From the NCBI GenBank assembly GCA_963702435.1, contig CAVPCR010000001.1:224001-288000 (forward strand): a DNA stretch of 64,000 bases. The letters run 5' to 3'. The DNA comes from Candidatus Eiseniibacteriota bacterium. GTDB taxonomy: Bacteria; Eisenbacteria; RBG-16-71-46; CAVPCR01. Shown here in pieces: positions 45,601-57,239 of the stretch. The position numbers and the translations under genes were made by a program. Under the pieces are notes generated by a model. It saw nothing but the letters and a program-made list of their open reading frames with translations, searched no databases and had not been told where the DNA came from. Numbering within the stretch: the first letter of the stretch is position 1; every line of letters starts with the position of its first letter.

Positions 45601-47541
45601 CGGCACCGCCGCGTTCGTGTAGAGGTCCACCTCCGGATCCCCGAGCAGCGTCGTCGCGAGCAGGTTCCAGCGCGTCCCCGAGTCGTACTCCGAGTTGGGA
45701 ACGAGGGCCAGGCGCGCGAAGCTCGTCGCCGCACCGAGATTCTTGCCGTACGCGCTCGTCGAATCGAAGATGGTCGCGTACCACTCGTTCTGGAAGACCC
45801 GGGACGGCGAGACGAAGGCGAGGCGCGAGGTGCCGATATAGGCGATCGAGCCGCCGTTCGCGTTCTTGACGAAGCGCTCGCCGATCGAGTTGAAGTCGAT
45901 CGAGGCCGAGCTGCAGTTGATGGCGAAGACGACCGAGTTCCGCGACCCGTTCACGAGCGCGTCGGCATCCGAGTTGTTGAGCGTACCGCTCCCGACCGAC
46001 ATGGTGTTCCGGTAGCCGTGCCCGACGTGATGGATGATGCCGAAGCCGGCGTTGATCGAGTCGATGGCGGTCTGCCGCGAGAGCTCGATCGAGCCGGGAT
46101 AGCTCGCCGACTCCTCGTACCCGCGGACCACCCGCATCCACGGCGGCAGGGAGGCAATGGCCTCCTCGGCGATGTCGGCGCCGTGCTGATCGCTGAACAG
46201 GCGCTCGGCGAGAGCGATGAAGGACGCCGGGTAGCGGGCGCCGGCCGGCGGCGTCTGCTCGTAGGTGAGCGTCTTGTTGACGAAGGCCTGCGCCTCGGCG
46301 ACCGTGGAGACCGGCGCCCTCCCGACATGGACCTCGAAGGCGAGGTCGATGTCGTCCGAGAACCCCGCGGTCAGCGATTCGCCGAAGCGGGAGTCCCCGT
46401 CCGCGTTCCAGTTACCGTCCAGACAGCTGTAGTAGTAGTCGGCGGGGATCTGCTCCCCCTCGTAGACGATCATCTGCGCATAACGCGGCGGCACGATGTC
46501 GGTATCGCCGCCGAGGAGCACGAACAGCGTCCCCCAGTTCTGATAGGCATCGCGTAGGAAGAAGCGGATCCGCTCCGCCCGATCCACCCCGTTCGGATAG
46601 GTCTGGTCGATCCACTCGACCGTGCGCACCGCCGCCTGCACGCCCTTCCTCGTTTTCCAGTCCGCGAGGCGCTGGAACTCGGGTTCGAGCGCCGACCCGG
46701 TCACGATCACGTACTCGACCGCGCTCCCGTCCAGCGATGGCCGGAAGGTGGGCTGGTAGGGCCCCGGCCCCGCCGGACCGTTTCCCACATCGCCGATGCC
46801 CAGAGCGGACTCCTGGCCGAGGTCCTCGGTCGCCGCCGCCCTGGCGAAGCCGCGGATGAGCGCGGCCGCGCCGTCCTCGAACCTGGCCTCGATCTCGGCG
46901 ACGACGCGCCGGCGTACGAGCGGCTCGGCCACCCCCGTGGGCCGTCCGGGCTCGAGCAGGAGCGTCACCGTGACGGCGCTCGCCGTCTCGAGCGTGCCGC
47001 TCCCCACATCCCAGCGCGCCGGGGCCACGAGAACGCAGGCGACCGCGTGCCCGCGCAGCGTTCCCTCGCTCGCCAGCCGCGCCCACGTTGCCGGATAGAG
47101 GCCCGCGCTCCCGTAGATCGCCGGATCGGCGAGCGCCGCCCGGGGCGTCTCGTCGCCGCGCGCGTCCGGCGCCACCGGAGCCACGCGCACGTCCGGTTGC
47201 TTTGCAACGCCGCCCGGCGCGGCGCTCACGCCGGTCACCCGCATTCCCGCCGGCACCTCGATCCACACCGGCACCCAGGGCAGATCGGGCGCCCCCGCGG
47301 GAGCCGGGGTCGCCCGCGGGTAGCGCACGGCGACCGCTCCGTCGGCCCGCGCCTCGATCGCGAGCGCGGCCCGGTCGAAGCGCACCTCCTCGACCCGCGT
47401 CGCCGCGGCGAGGGGACGCGGTGCGACCATGGACGCGAGGGCGAGCATGATGAAGGGCGCGGTCGAGAAGAGCGCCGTGGCGCCCGGAGAACGTCTCATC
47501 ATCCGATGGCTCCTTCGTTGGCTTCTTCGCTGCGCTGTCAT
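42655..47541 (-). CDS. Secreted C25 peptidase/FG-GAP/FlgD protein (copy E)
   Basis: Same architecture; HHVGHG and INCSS intact; ATGA overlaps with both neighbours. Confidence 0.88.
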   Translation of the reverse strand: MTAQRRSQRRSHRMMRRSPGATALFSTAPFIMLALASMVAPRPLAAATRVEEVRFDRAALAIEARADGAVAVRYPRATPAPAGAPDLPWVPVWIEVPAGMRVTGVSAAPGGVAKQPDVRVAPVAPDARGDETPRAALADPAIYGSAGLYPATWARLASEGTLRGHAVACVLVAPARWDVGSGTLETASAVTVTLLLEPGRPTGVAEPLVRRRVVAEIEARFEDGAAALIRGFARAAATEDLGQESALGIGDVGNGPAGPGPYQPTFRPSLDGSAVEYVIVTGSALEPEFQRLADWKTRKGVQAAVRTVEWIDQTYPNGVDRAERIRFFLRDAYQNWGTLFVLLGGDTDIVPPRYAQMIVYEGEQIPADYYYSCLDGNWNADGDSRFGESLTAGFSDDIDLAFEVHVGRAPVSTVAEAQAFVNKTLTYEQTPPAGARYPASFIALAERLFSDQHGADIAEEAIASLPPWMRVVRGYEESASYPGSIELSRQTAIDSINAGFGIIHHVGHGYRNTMSVGSGTLNNSDADALVNGSRNSVVFAINCSSASIDFNSIGERFVKNANGGSIAYIGTSRLAFVSPSRVFQNEWYATIFDSTSAYGKNLGAATSFARLALVPNSEYDSGTRWNLLATTLLGDPEVDLYTNAAVPIAVTHPASVALGSAPITVTVTAGGSPVAGASVTLRKTAETYVRGITGANGQAQLAVGAQTTGTLALTVHKSYYRPYLATVNVTAGSGPYVYVQTMVVDDDGVGQSSGDGDGQADAGETVELRLTLRNGGGAQATGVVGTLSENDPENALTIAQGSVSYGTLGAGGSSQGSGAYVVTIAADAPVAYQPALTLVVTSGQGTWPDVTLLPLRRPYLEHYSHVVDDAAPRGDGDGIVEAGEEIYYRVTLKNRGQDRATGVTGALRALRVSDRLPHPGVTVGDANASFGTLAPGQQVEGDRFAFTLGSTVDPLTLLLELTLADALGPADLQFLDVIAPVEPDTLTAFGSPSSIRLTWNRSASADARGYDVHRAPNPGGPFTRINSYTVDGTSAFEDRGLPALTRYYYRVVARDSSYNASPPTLVISGTTNPPYMPGWPIELAQQTQSSLVLSNTEGGSDYEVFTAADMQYGWHANGTEIVDGDDDDRTNGPYSRYGYSGVKGFSATAAIGDLDRNGDYEIANVGWAAESLYVWDHTGQLESGWPKWVMDDFNWPSPVLYDLDGDSDLEVILWAANGGRLFAWHHTGVEVADGDGNPATDGVLHRVFGTSFNYSSPAVADIDGDLRPEIVFCVNLSSDMTGKVYAVNHDGTLATGWPYSTGTVSDGSQITSSPAIGDLDRNGTNEIILVADRSGGLMYVLGGDGTVRPGWPRLAPAVSGQSRTSSPALGDLDGDTYLDIAYAGSDGRLYAFKRDGTQLPGFPVVFATGSSQATQSTPSIADIDGDGALEILFGDETGKVHAYHNDGTLVAGFPIQTNGEVRSTPVVWDIDQDTMTEVAVVGWDGNVYIWDLPSEFNPLRAPWPFFHHDVRNTGWMQTAPLAVGIAEPPAPAAPAAARVYPARPNPFNPATTIAFDVPGTGALPVAIAAYDVTGRLVRRLLAGPVGAGQHAITWDGRGKSGEVLGTGIYFLRIAIGEQVFTEKVALVK

Positions 47542-50500
47542 CGCACGAGCGTGAGCTTCTGCGTGGACTCGAAGTTCCCGATCCTGATGCGGGCGAAGTA
47601 CACGCCCGAAGCGGCCACGGCGCCGTTCGACCCGCGGCCGTCCCAGGCGATCGCATGCGAACCCGTCGCGACCGGCCCGTCGAGGAGCCGGCGGACGATC
47701 CGGCCGGCGACATCCACGATCTCGAGCGTGACCGGGCGCGCACCGGACTCAGCCCCCGGCACGTCGAAGGCGAGCGTCGTCCACGGATTGAAGGGGTTCG
47801 GGCGCGCCGCGTGGAACGCCGCGACCGCCGGCGTCACCGCGGGCGCGGGCTCCTCGATGCCGGTCTGCACCGCGGTGGCCACGCGTCCCGTGTTCTGGAC
47901 GTCGTGCCGGAAGAAGGGCCACGCGAGTTTGGTCGGATTGAAGGGGCCGACCAGATCCCACATGTACACGGTCCCGTCGTAGCAGGTGACCACCGCCTCG
48001 ACCAGGTTGTCGCGATCCACGTCCCAGAGCGCCGGCGTCGAGCGCACCTCGCCCGGGAGCTGGATCGGGAAACCCGGGGCGAGCGTCCCGTCATGGTTGT
48101 AGGCGTGGACCTTCCCCGACTCGTCGCCGAACAGGATCTCCGGCCGGGCGTCCCCGTCGATGTCGCCGACCGAAGGCGTCGACTGGGTGGTCTGGTTCTG
48201 CGGATCCATGAAGTAGGTGACGGGGAAGCCGGGCATCACGAGTCCGCTCCGGCTCCACACGTGCAGGACGCCGTTCGTGTCGGGATAGACGATATCGAGC
48301 CGCCCGTCCCCGTCGATGTCGGCGAGCACTGGTGAGGGCAGGCGGGCGTCGGTCGTGTAGGAGGCGGCGACCTGCGGCCAGCCCCCGACCACCGTGCCGT
48401 TCCGGTTGAGGACATACACCCGCCCGCCGTCGCGCTCGCAGGAGAAGACGATCTCCTCGTCGCCGTCGTTGTCGAGATCGCCGACCGCAATCGAGGAGCT
48501 CACCTCGGAGGGAGTCTGCGGGCTGCCGGTGAAGAACGGCCAGCCAGAAACGAAGGTCCCGTCGATATTGAAGGCATAGATGCCGCCGCTCTGATCCGTG
48601 GACCGGCCGACCGGAACCAGGATCTCGAGCGGCGAGTCGGCGTCGAGCTGGGCGACGGCCGCGCTCCCGTAGTTGAATGACGTGCCGAAGATGCGGGCGA
48701 GAACGCCGTCGGTCGAGGGATTCAGGTCGCCGTCGACCAGCTCCTGGCCGGTGTGATGCCACGCGAAGAGCCGCCCGCCGTTGGCCGCCCAGACCGCGAT
48801 CTCGAGATCCCCGTTCTGATCCAGATCGGCGAGGAGCGCCGAGCCCCAGTTGAGATCGTCGAGCACCGACTTCGGCCACCCCGGCATGAACTGCCCCTGG
48901 TTGTTCCAGACGTAGAGCGTGTCCGCGGAGAACGTGACGTTGGCCACCTCGAGCCAGCCGGTCTGATCGATGTTGCCGGCCGCAGGGGTGGCCGCGTAGC
49001 CGGGGCTCGTGCTGCCGCGCCCGTAGAGGGAGAAGGGCCCGTTGGTGCGCGGATCGGTGTCGCCGTCCACGACCTCGGTGCCGTCGCCGTGCCAGGCGTA
49101 CTGCACGTCGCCGCCGCAGAGCACCTCGATGTGCGAACCGCCGTCGATATCGGCGACGATCGGCGAGGAGGACGTCTGCTGGCCGATCTCGATCGGCCAG
49201 CCCGCGCTGTAGGGCGGATTGGTGGTGCCGGAGATGACCAGGGACGGCCGCGACGCGTTGTAGGACGAATCTCGCGCCACGATGCGGTAGTAGTAGCGCG
49301 TGAGCGCCGGCAAGCCGCGGTCCTCGAACGCCGCCGTTCCGTCCACCGTGTAGGTGTTGATGCGCGTGAACGGCCCGCCCGGGCCCGTTGCCCGCTCGAT
49401 GTCGTACCCGCGCGCATCCTCCGATTTGCACCGGTTCCAGGTGAGCCGGATCGAGCTCGGCGCGCCGAAGGCGGTCACCGTGTCCACCTCCGTCGGCACG
49501 GTCACGTCGATGAACTGGAGATCGGCCGGCCCCAGCGCGTCGGCGAGCGTCAGCTCGAGGAGCACGGTCAGCGGATCCACGGTCGAGCCGAGCGTGAAGG
49601 CGAAGCGATCTCCCTGGACCTGCTGCCCAGGGGCGAGCGTCCCGAAGCTCGCGTTCGCATCGCCCACCGTCACGCCCGGGTGCGGCAGGCGATCGGACAC
49701 CCGGAGCGCCCGCAGCGCTCCCGTGACCCCGGTCGCCCGATCCTGCCCCGTGTTCTTGAGCGTCACCCGGTAGTAGATCTCCTCCCCCGCCTCGACGATC
49801 CCGTCCCCGTCCCCGCGCGGCGCCGCATCGTCCACCACGTGCGAATAGTGCTCGAGGTACGGCCGCCGGAGCGGCAGCAAGGTCACATCCGGCCACGTCC
49901 CCTGCCCGCTCGTCACGACGAGGGTGAGCGCGGGCTGATAGGCGACCGGTGCGTCCGCGGCGATCGTCGACCACGTACGCCCCGCTCCCCTGCGAGCTCC
50001 CGCCGGCGCCCAGGGTCCCGTAGGTCACCGTGTTCTGGATGATGGTGAGCGCGTTCTCCGGATCGTTCTCGGTGAGCGTGCCGACGACCCCCGTGGCCTG
50101 CGCGCCGCCGCCGTTCCGGAGCGTCAGGCGGAGCTCGACCGTCTCCCCGGCGTCCGCCTGCCCGTCCCCGTCCCCGCTCGAGGGCGCCACTCCGTCGTCG
50201 TCCACCACCATCGTCTGCACGTACACGTACGGCCCGCTTCCCGCCGTCACGTTCACCGTCGCGAGATACGGCCGGTAGTAGCTCTTGTGTACGGTGAGCG
50301 CCATCGTCCCCGTGGTCTGCGCCCCGACCGCGAGCTGCGCCTGGCCGTTCGCCCCGGTGATCGCGCGGACGTAGCTCTCCCCCGCTTTCCAGAGCGTCAC
50401 CGATGCCCCCGCGACCGGCGAGCCGCCCGCCGTCACCGTCACCGTGATCGGCGCCGAACCGAGCGCCACGCTCGCCGGATGCGTCACCGCGATCGGCACC

Positions 50501-52353
50501 ACCGCGTTCGTGTAGAGATCCGCCTCCGGATCTCCGAGCAGGGTCGTCGCGAGCAGGTTCCAGCGGTTGGCCGACTCGAACTCCGAGCCGGGCAGGAGGG
50601 ATGCGCGCGCGAGGTCGGTGGCGAGCCCGATCGAGCGCGTCGAGTCCTCGAACACCTCGAGGTACCAGGCGTTCTGGAAGATCTCGGAGGCCACGACGAA
50701 GGCGAGGCGCGAGGTGCCAATATAGGCGATCGAGCCTCCGTTCGCGTTCTTGACGAAGCGCTCGCCGATCGAATTGAAGTCGATCGAGGCCGAGCTGCAG
50801 TTGATGGCGAAGACGACCGAGTTCCGCGGCGCGTTGATGAGCGCGTCGGCATCCGAGTTGTTGAGCGTACCGCTCCCGACCGACATGGTGTTCCGGTAGC
50901 CGTGCCCGACGTGATGGATGATGCCGAAGCCGGCGTTGATCGAGTCGATGGCGGTCTGTCGCGACAGCTCGATCGAGCCGGGATAGCTCGCTGACTCCTC
51001 GTAGAGGCGCACGATCCGCATCCACGGCGGCACCTGGGCCAACGCCTCCTCGGCGATGTCGGCGCCGTGTGTCGTCGGGAAGAGCCGCTCGGCGAGGACG
51101 ACGACCGACGCCGGGTAGCGGGCGCTCGCCGGCGGGTTCTGCTCGTAGAGGAGCGTCTTGTTGACGAAGGTCCGCGCCTCGGCCAGGGTCGAGACCGGCG
51201 CCCGCCCGACCGACAGCTCGAAATAGAAGTCGCAGGAGTCGGAGGGCACGTTGATGAAACGTGCCTCCCCGAAGCGCCAGTCGCCGTCCTGGTTCCAGTT
51301 GCGGTCGAGACAGGCGTAGTAGTAGTCGGCGGGGATCGAGTCATCATAGTACGTGCTCTCGGCATAGCGGGGCGGCACGATGTCGGTGTCGCCGCCGAGG
51401 AGCACGAAGAGCGCATTCCAGTTCTGGTACGCGTCCCGGAGGAAGAAGCGGACCCGTTCCGCCCGGTCCACCCCGTTCGGATAGGTCTGGTCGATCCACT
51501 CGACCGTGCGCACCACCGACTGCACCCCCTTCTTGGTCTTCCAGTCCGCAAGCCGCTGGAACTCGCTCTCGAGCGCCGCCGAGGTCACGATCACGTACTC
51601 GACCGCGCTCCCGTCCAGCGACGGCCGGAAGGTGGGCTGATACGGCCCCGGCCCCGCCGGCCCGTCTCCCACGTCCCCGAGCTCCTCGGTCGCCACCGCC
51701 GGCGCGAACCGCCGGATCATCTTCCCGGCGCCCGCTTCGAACTTGGCCTCGATCTCGGCGACGATGCGGCGCCGCGCGAGGGGTTCCATGGACCGCCCGG
51801 GCGCCAGCTCGAGGGTCACCGTGACCGCGCTCGCCGTCTCGAGCGTGCCGCTCCCCGCATCCCAGCGCACCGGGGCCACGAGCACGCAGGCGAGGACGTG
51901 CCCGCGGAGCATGCCCTCGCTCGCGAGCTCGGCCCACGCCGCCGGGTAAGACCTTCCGCTCCCGTAGATCCCGGGATCGGCGAGCGCCGGCCGGGGTGTC
52001 TCATCCACGCGCGCGTCGGGCGCCACCGGCGCCAGGCGCGCGGCCGACTGCTTCGCGACGCCGCTCGGGGCGGCGGTCACGCCCACGACGTGCATGTCCG
52101 CCGGCACCTCGATCCACAACGGCACCAGGGGCAGATCCGGGGCTCCTTCCGGAGCCCGCACGGCGCCCGGATAGCGCACGCTCAGCGCCCCGCCCTCCGC
52201 GGTCGTGACGCGCAGCTTCTCGCGCTCGAAGCGCACTTCCTCGACGATGGTGACCGGCGCGGCGGCGACCCGCGCCGCGACGATGAGCAGCGCGCAGGGG
52301 ACGAGCAGCACGAGGCGAGCGGCCGCCTTCCGGACATCGATGCACTTCTTCAT
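47538..52353 (-). pseudogene. C25 peptidase/FG-GAP/FlgD protein (copy D) with one +1 frameshift (pseudogene or sequence error)
   Basis: ORFs 48091-52353 and 47538-49916 join into one gene if the extra G at ~49969 is removed (atcgtcGaccacg here versus atcgtcaccacg in copy E). Confidence 0.8.
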
Positions 52354-52398
52354 CGCGCGACTCCATTCTCCACGGGACCTGAGAACATGGCCGGCACT

Positions 52399-55300
52399 CT
52401 ACCGGATGACAACGAGCTTCTGGGCGGCGCTGAAGTCGCCGCCGATCGAGATGCGGGCGAAGTAGACCCCGGAACCGACGATCTGCCCGCCCGCCGTCCG
52501 GCCGTCCCAGCGCACGGCGTGCGAGCCTGTCCCGACCGGGCCGGCGACGAGCTCGCGGAGGAGGCGGCCGTTCACGTCGTAGATGGCGAGCGTGACGGGA
52601 CGCGCCCCGCCCGCTTCTCCCGGCACGTCGAAGGAGAGCGTGGTCACCGGGTTGAACGGGTTCGGGCGGGCCGGACGGAAGGCGGGAACGGCGACCAGCG
52701 GCGCCGGACCGGGCTCGGCGACGGCGTTCGGCTGGACCGGGCTCTGGAAGCGGCCGGTGTTCCGCGTGTCGTGCCGGAAGAAGGGCCACGGTATGCGCGC
52801 CGGATTGAACTCGGCCTGGAGATCCCACACGTAGACGCTCGCGTCGAAGCAGGCGACTGCGAGCTCGAGCTTCCCGTCGCGATCGAGGTCCCAGACCGCG
52901 GGCGTGCCGCGCACCTCTCCGGTGAGCTGGATCGGGAAGCCCGCGGCGAGCGTCGCGTCATGGTTGTAGCCGTGGAGCCGGCCCGCCTCGTCGCCGAAGA
53001 GGATCTCGAGGAAGCCGTCCCCGTCGATGTCGGCGAGCGAGGCGGTCGACTGCGAACCTTCGGCCGGCGGATCCTCGGGGTAGTACCAGACCGGGAACCC
53101 GGGCATGAGCTGGCCGGTGCGCTGGAACGCGTAGAGCCGGCCGTCGGTGTCGAGGAAGACGAGATCGAGCGACCCGTCGGCATTGATATCGCCGACCGAT
53201 GGGGACGGGAGGCGCCCCTGGTCCGTGAGCGAGATGATGTTCTGCGGCCAGCCGGGGACACTCGTCCCATTGCCGTTCAGCACGTAGATGGTGCCGAAGT
53301 TGCGCTCGCAGACGATGATCACCTCTTCATCGCCATCCCCGTCGAGATCGGCGATGACCGGGGAGGAGCTCACCTGGGAGGGGACGCCGCCGGCGCCGGT
53401 CAGGAAGGGCCAGCCCGGCACCACGGTCCCGTCAATGTTGAAGGCGTAGACCGGGCCCGTGTTGCCGATGAAGATGTTGTACGGGATCACGATCTCGAGC
53501 TCCGGATCGGCGTCCAGATTGCCCACGGCAGGAGAGCCGTACGTGAAGAACGCACCGCTGACGATGGCGAGGATGCCATCGGTCTGCGGATCGTTGTCGC
53601 CGTCGACGAGCTCGGTCCCATCGTGGTGCCAGGCGAAGACCCGGCCCTCCCGCGCCGCCGAGACCACGATCTCGAGATCGCCATCTCCGTCGAGGTCCGC
53701 CATGACGGGGGATGCCCAGTTGAAGTCGTCGAGCACCGTCTTCGGCCAGCCGGGCATGGGCTCGCCCTGCGTGTCCCAGACGTAGAGCGAGTCGCGGGCG
53801 TAGCTCACGTTCGCGATCTCGAGATCGCCGACGCCGTCCATGTTCCCCGCGGCCGGGGTCGCCGGGAAGCCAAAGGCCGCGGCCGTCCCGAACGCCCGGC
53901 CGAGGAGGGAGATCGGACCGCTTGTGCTCGGGTTGTCGTCGCCGTCCACGAGCTCGGTGCCGTCGCCATGCCAGGCGTACAGCATGTCGGAACCGACGAG
54001 GAGCTCCATGTGCGGGCCGCCGTCCACGTCCGCGATGATGACCGACGAGGAAGTCTGCTGCCCGGTCTCGATCGGCCAGCCTGCCGCGTAGGGCGGACTG
54101 GTCGTCGACGAGAAGACCGCGGAGAATGGGGACGCGTTGAAGGAGGAGTCGCGCGCCGCGACCTTGTAGTAAAAGCGGGTGAAGCCGGGCAGGTTCCCGT
54201 CCTCGAAGGCCGCTGTGCCTTCCACCATGAAGCTGTTCACGCGGTCGAACGGCCCGCCCGGGCTCGTCCCGCGGTAGATGTCATAGCCGCGCGTGTCCGC
54301 CGACTGCGATCGCCGCCAGGTGAGGCGGATCGAGGTCGGGGAACCGAAGGCCTTGAAGCTGTCGGGCGGGGTGGGCACGAGCACGTCGAGGAACTGGAGA
54401 TCCGCCGGGCCGAGGGCGTCCGCCAGCGTGAGCTCGAGGAGGACGGTGGCCGGAGCGCAGGCGGGATCGAGCGTGAAGGCGAAGCGATCCCCCTCGACCT
54501 GCTGGCCCGGGGGCAGCGTCCCGAAGGTCGCGTTCACGTCGGTGACCGTGACGAGCGGATGCGGCAGGCGGTCCGACACTCGGAGCGCCCGGAGCGTCCC
54601 GGTCACTCCCATCGCCCGGTCCTGACCCGCGTTCCGGAGCGTCACCCGGTAGTGGATCTCCTCTCCCGCCTCGACGATCCCGTTTCCGTTTCCGCGCGGC
54701 GCGGCATCGTCCACAGCGTGGGCGTAGTGCTCGAGGTAGGGCCGCCGGAGCGGGAGCACGCGGACATCGGACCAGGTGCCCTGGTCGCCCGTGGCCGTGA
54801 GCGTCAGCACCGGCTGGTACGCGACCGGGGCGTCGGCGGCGATCGCGATGACGAAGGGCCCGCTCCCCAGGGAGATGCCGCCCGGGACGAGCGTGCCGTA
54901 GCTCACCGTGTCCTGGAGGATCGAGAGCGCGCCCAGCGAGTCGGTGGTCGCGGCGAGCGTCGCGGTGAGGCCCGTCACAGTCGCCGTGCCGCCGTTCCGG
55001 AGGGCGACGCGGAGTTCTACCGTCTCCCCGGCGTCCGCCTGCCCGTCCCCGTCCCCGCTCGACGCGCCGTTCGTGTCGTCATCCACCGTGAGCGACTGGA
55101 TAAAGACGACCGGGCCGGTGGCCGCGGTCACCGGGATCGCCGCCGTGTACGGGCGGTAGTAGCTCTTGTGCACGGTGAGAGTGAGGTTGCCGGCCGTGTC
55201 CGCCCCGATGGGGAGCTGGAGCTGGCCGTTCGCCGCGGTCTTGCCCCGCGCGTAGGCCTCGTTGGCCTTCCACAGGGTGACCGTCGCCCCGGCGAGCGGC

Positions 55301-57203
55301 AAACCGCCGGCCGTCACGGTCACCGTGATCGGCGCCGACCCGAGCGGCACCGACGCGGGGTGCGTGACCGCAATCGGGATCACCGCGTTCACGTACATGT
55401 CGGTCTCCGGATCCCCGAGGAGCGTCGTCATGAGGAGGGTCCGGCGCTGGGAGCTGTCGAAGGGGGAGACCGGCACGAGGAGATTGCGAGCCCGATCGGT
55501 GGCCAGGCCCAGAGAGAACACCGAGTCGCGGAACACCTGCCGGTACCACTCGCCCTGGTAGATGCGGGAGGTCGGGATGTGCGCATCGCGCGAGGTGCCG
55601 ACGTAGGCGACCGCGCCGCCCGCCGGGTTCTTGACGAAGCGCTCGCCGATCGCGTTGAAATCGATCGAGGCCGAGCTGCAGTTGATGGCGAAGACGACCG
55701 AGTTGCGCGGGCCGTTCACGAAGGCGTCGGCCTCCGTGTTGGAGAGCGTGCCGGGCCCCACCGACATCGAGTTCCGGAAGCCGTGCCCGACGTGGTGCAC
55801 GATGCCGAAGCCGGCGTCGATCGAGTCGATCGCCCCCTGCCGGGTGAGCTCGATCGAGCCGGGATAGTTCGCCGACTCCTCGTACAGGCGGACGACGCGC
55901 ATCCACGGCGGCAGGTACGCTCGCGCCTCCTCGGCGAGCGTGGCCCCGTTCAGCGTCGCATCGAGGCGCTCGGCCAGGGCCAGCCAGGAGGCGGGATACA
56001 GTCCATCCGAGGGCGGGTTCTCCTCGTACGCGAGGAGCTTGTTGACGATGGCCTGGGCCTGGGGCGCGGTCGAGACCGGCGCCCTCCCGATCGTCACGTC
56101 GAAGTAGAGGTCGGCGTTGTCGCCCGGCGGATTCGACCGCGATTCGCCGAAGCGCGCGTCGCCGTCTGCATTCCAGTTGCCTTCCAGACAGCCGTAGTAC
56201 ATGTCCGCCGGGATGGCCTCGCCGCTCACCATCATCGCGTAGCGTGGCGGCACGACGTCGGTGTCGCCGCCGAGGAGCGCGAAGAGCGCGCCCCAGTTCT
56301 GGTAGGCGTCGCGGAGGAAGAAGCGGATCCGCTCCGCGCGGTCCACCCCGTTTGGATAGGTCTGGTCGATCCACTCGACCGTACGCACCACGGCCTGCAC
56401 GCCCTTCCTGGTCTTCCAGTCGGCGAGGCGCTGGAACTCCGCCGCCATCGCCGTCGAGGTCACGATCACATACTCGACCGCGCTCCCGTCCGCGGTCGGC
56501 CGGAAGCTGGGCTGATAGGGTCCCGGCCCCGCCGGGCCGTTCCCCACGTCCTCGTAGCCCTCGGTGGCCGCGGCCGGTGCGAAGCGCCGGATCATCTTCT
56601 CCGCCCCCGCCTCGAAGCGGGCCTCGATCTCCGCGACGACGCGATGGCGCTGCGAGCGGCTCCGGCGCGCCTGGCGCCCGCCCCGGAGCGAGCACCAGAG
56701 TCACCGTGACCGCGCTCGCGGTCTCGAGCGCACCGCTTCCCGCATTCCAGCGCGCGGGCGCCACGAGCACGCAGGCGAGCTGGTGCCCGCGGAGCGAGCC
56801 CTCGCTCGCGAGCTCGGCCCACGCCGCCGGATACAGGCCCGCGCTCCCGTAGATCCCCGGATCCGCGAGCGCCGGCTGCGGCTCCTCGTCGGCCCGCGTG
56901 TCGGGCGCCACGGGCGCCACGCGCACGCGCTCCTGCCTCTCCACGCCGAGCGGCTCCGCCTTCACGCCGACCACGTGCATCCCCGCCGGCACCTCGATCC
57001 AGAGCGGCACGAGCGGCAGATCGGGCGCACCGTCCCGGCCCGGGAGAGCGCCGGGATAGCTCACGGTGACGGCGTCCCCGGCGCCCGCTTCCACGCGCAG
57101 GCGCGTCACGCTCGAAGCGCATCTCCTCGACGAGCACGGTCTCGGCGGCGGCCACGCCCGCCGCCAACAGGAATCCGCCCGCAAACAGAGCCAGGAGCTT
57201 CAT
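52399..57203 (-). pseudogene. C25 peptidase/FG-GAP/FlgD protein (copy C) with two +1 frameshifts in the prodomain (pseudogene or sequence error)
   Basis: Signal peptide from 57203, frame changes at ~57101 and ~56651, then intact from 56595 to 52399 with HHVGHG and INCSS. Confidence 0.8.
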
Positions 57204-57239
57204 GGGTCCTCAACCTTCATCGATGTGAGCCCGCGCGCA

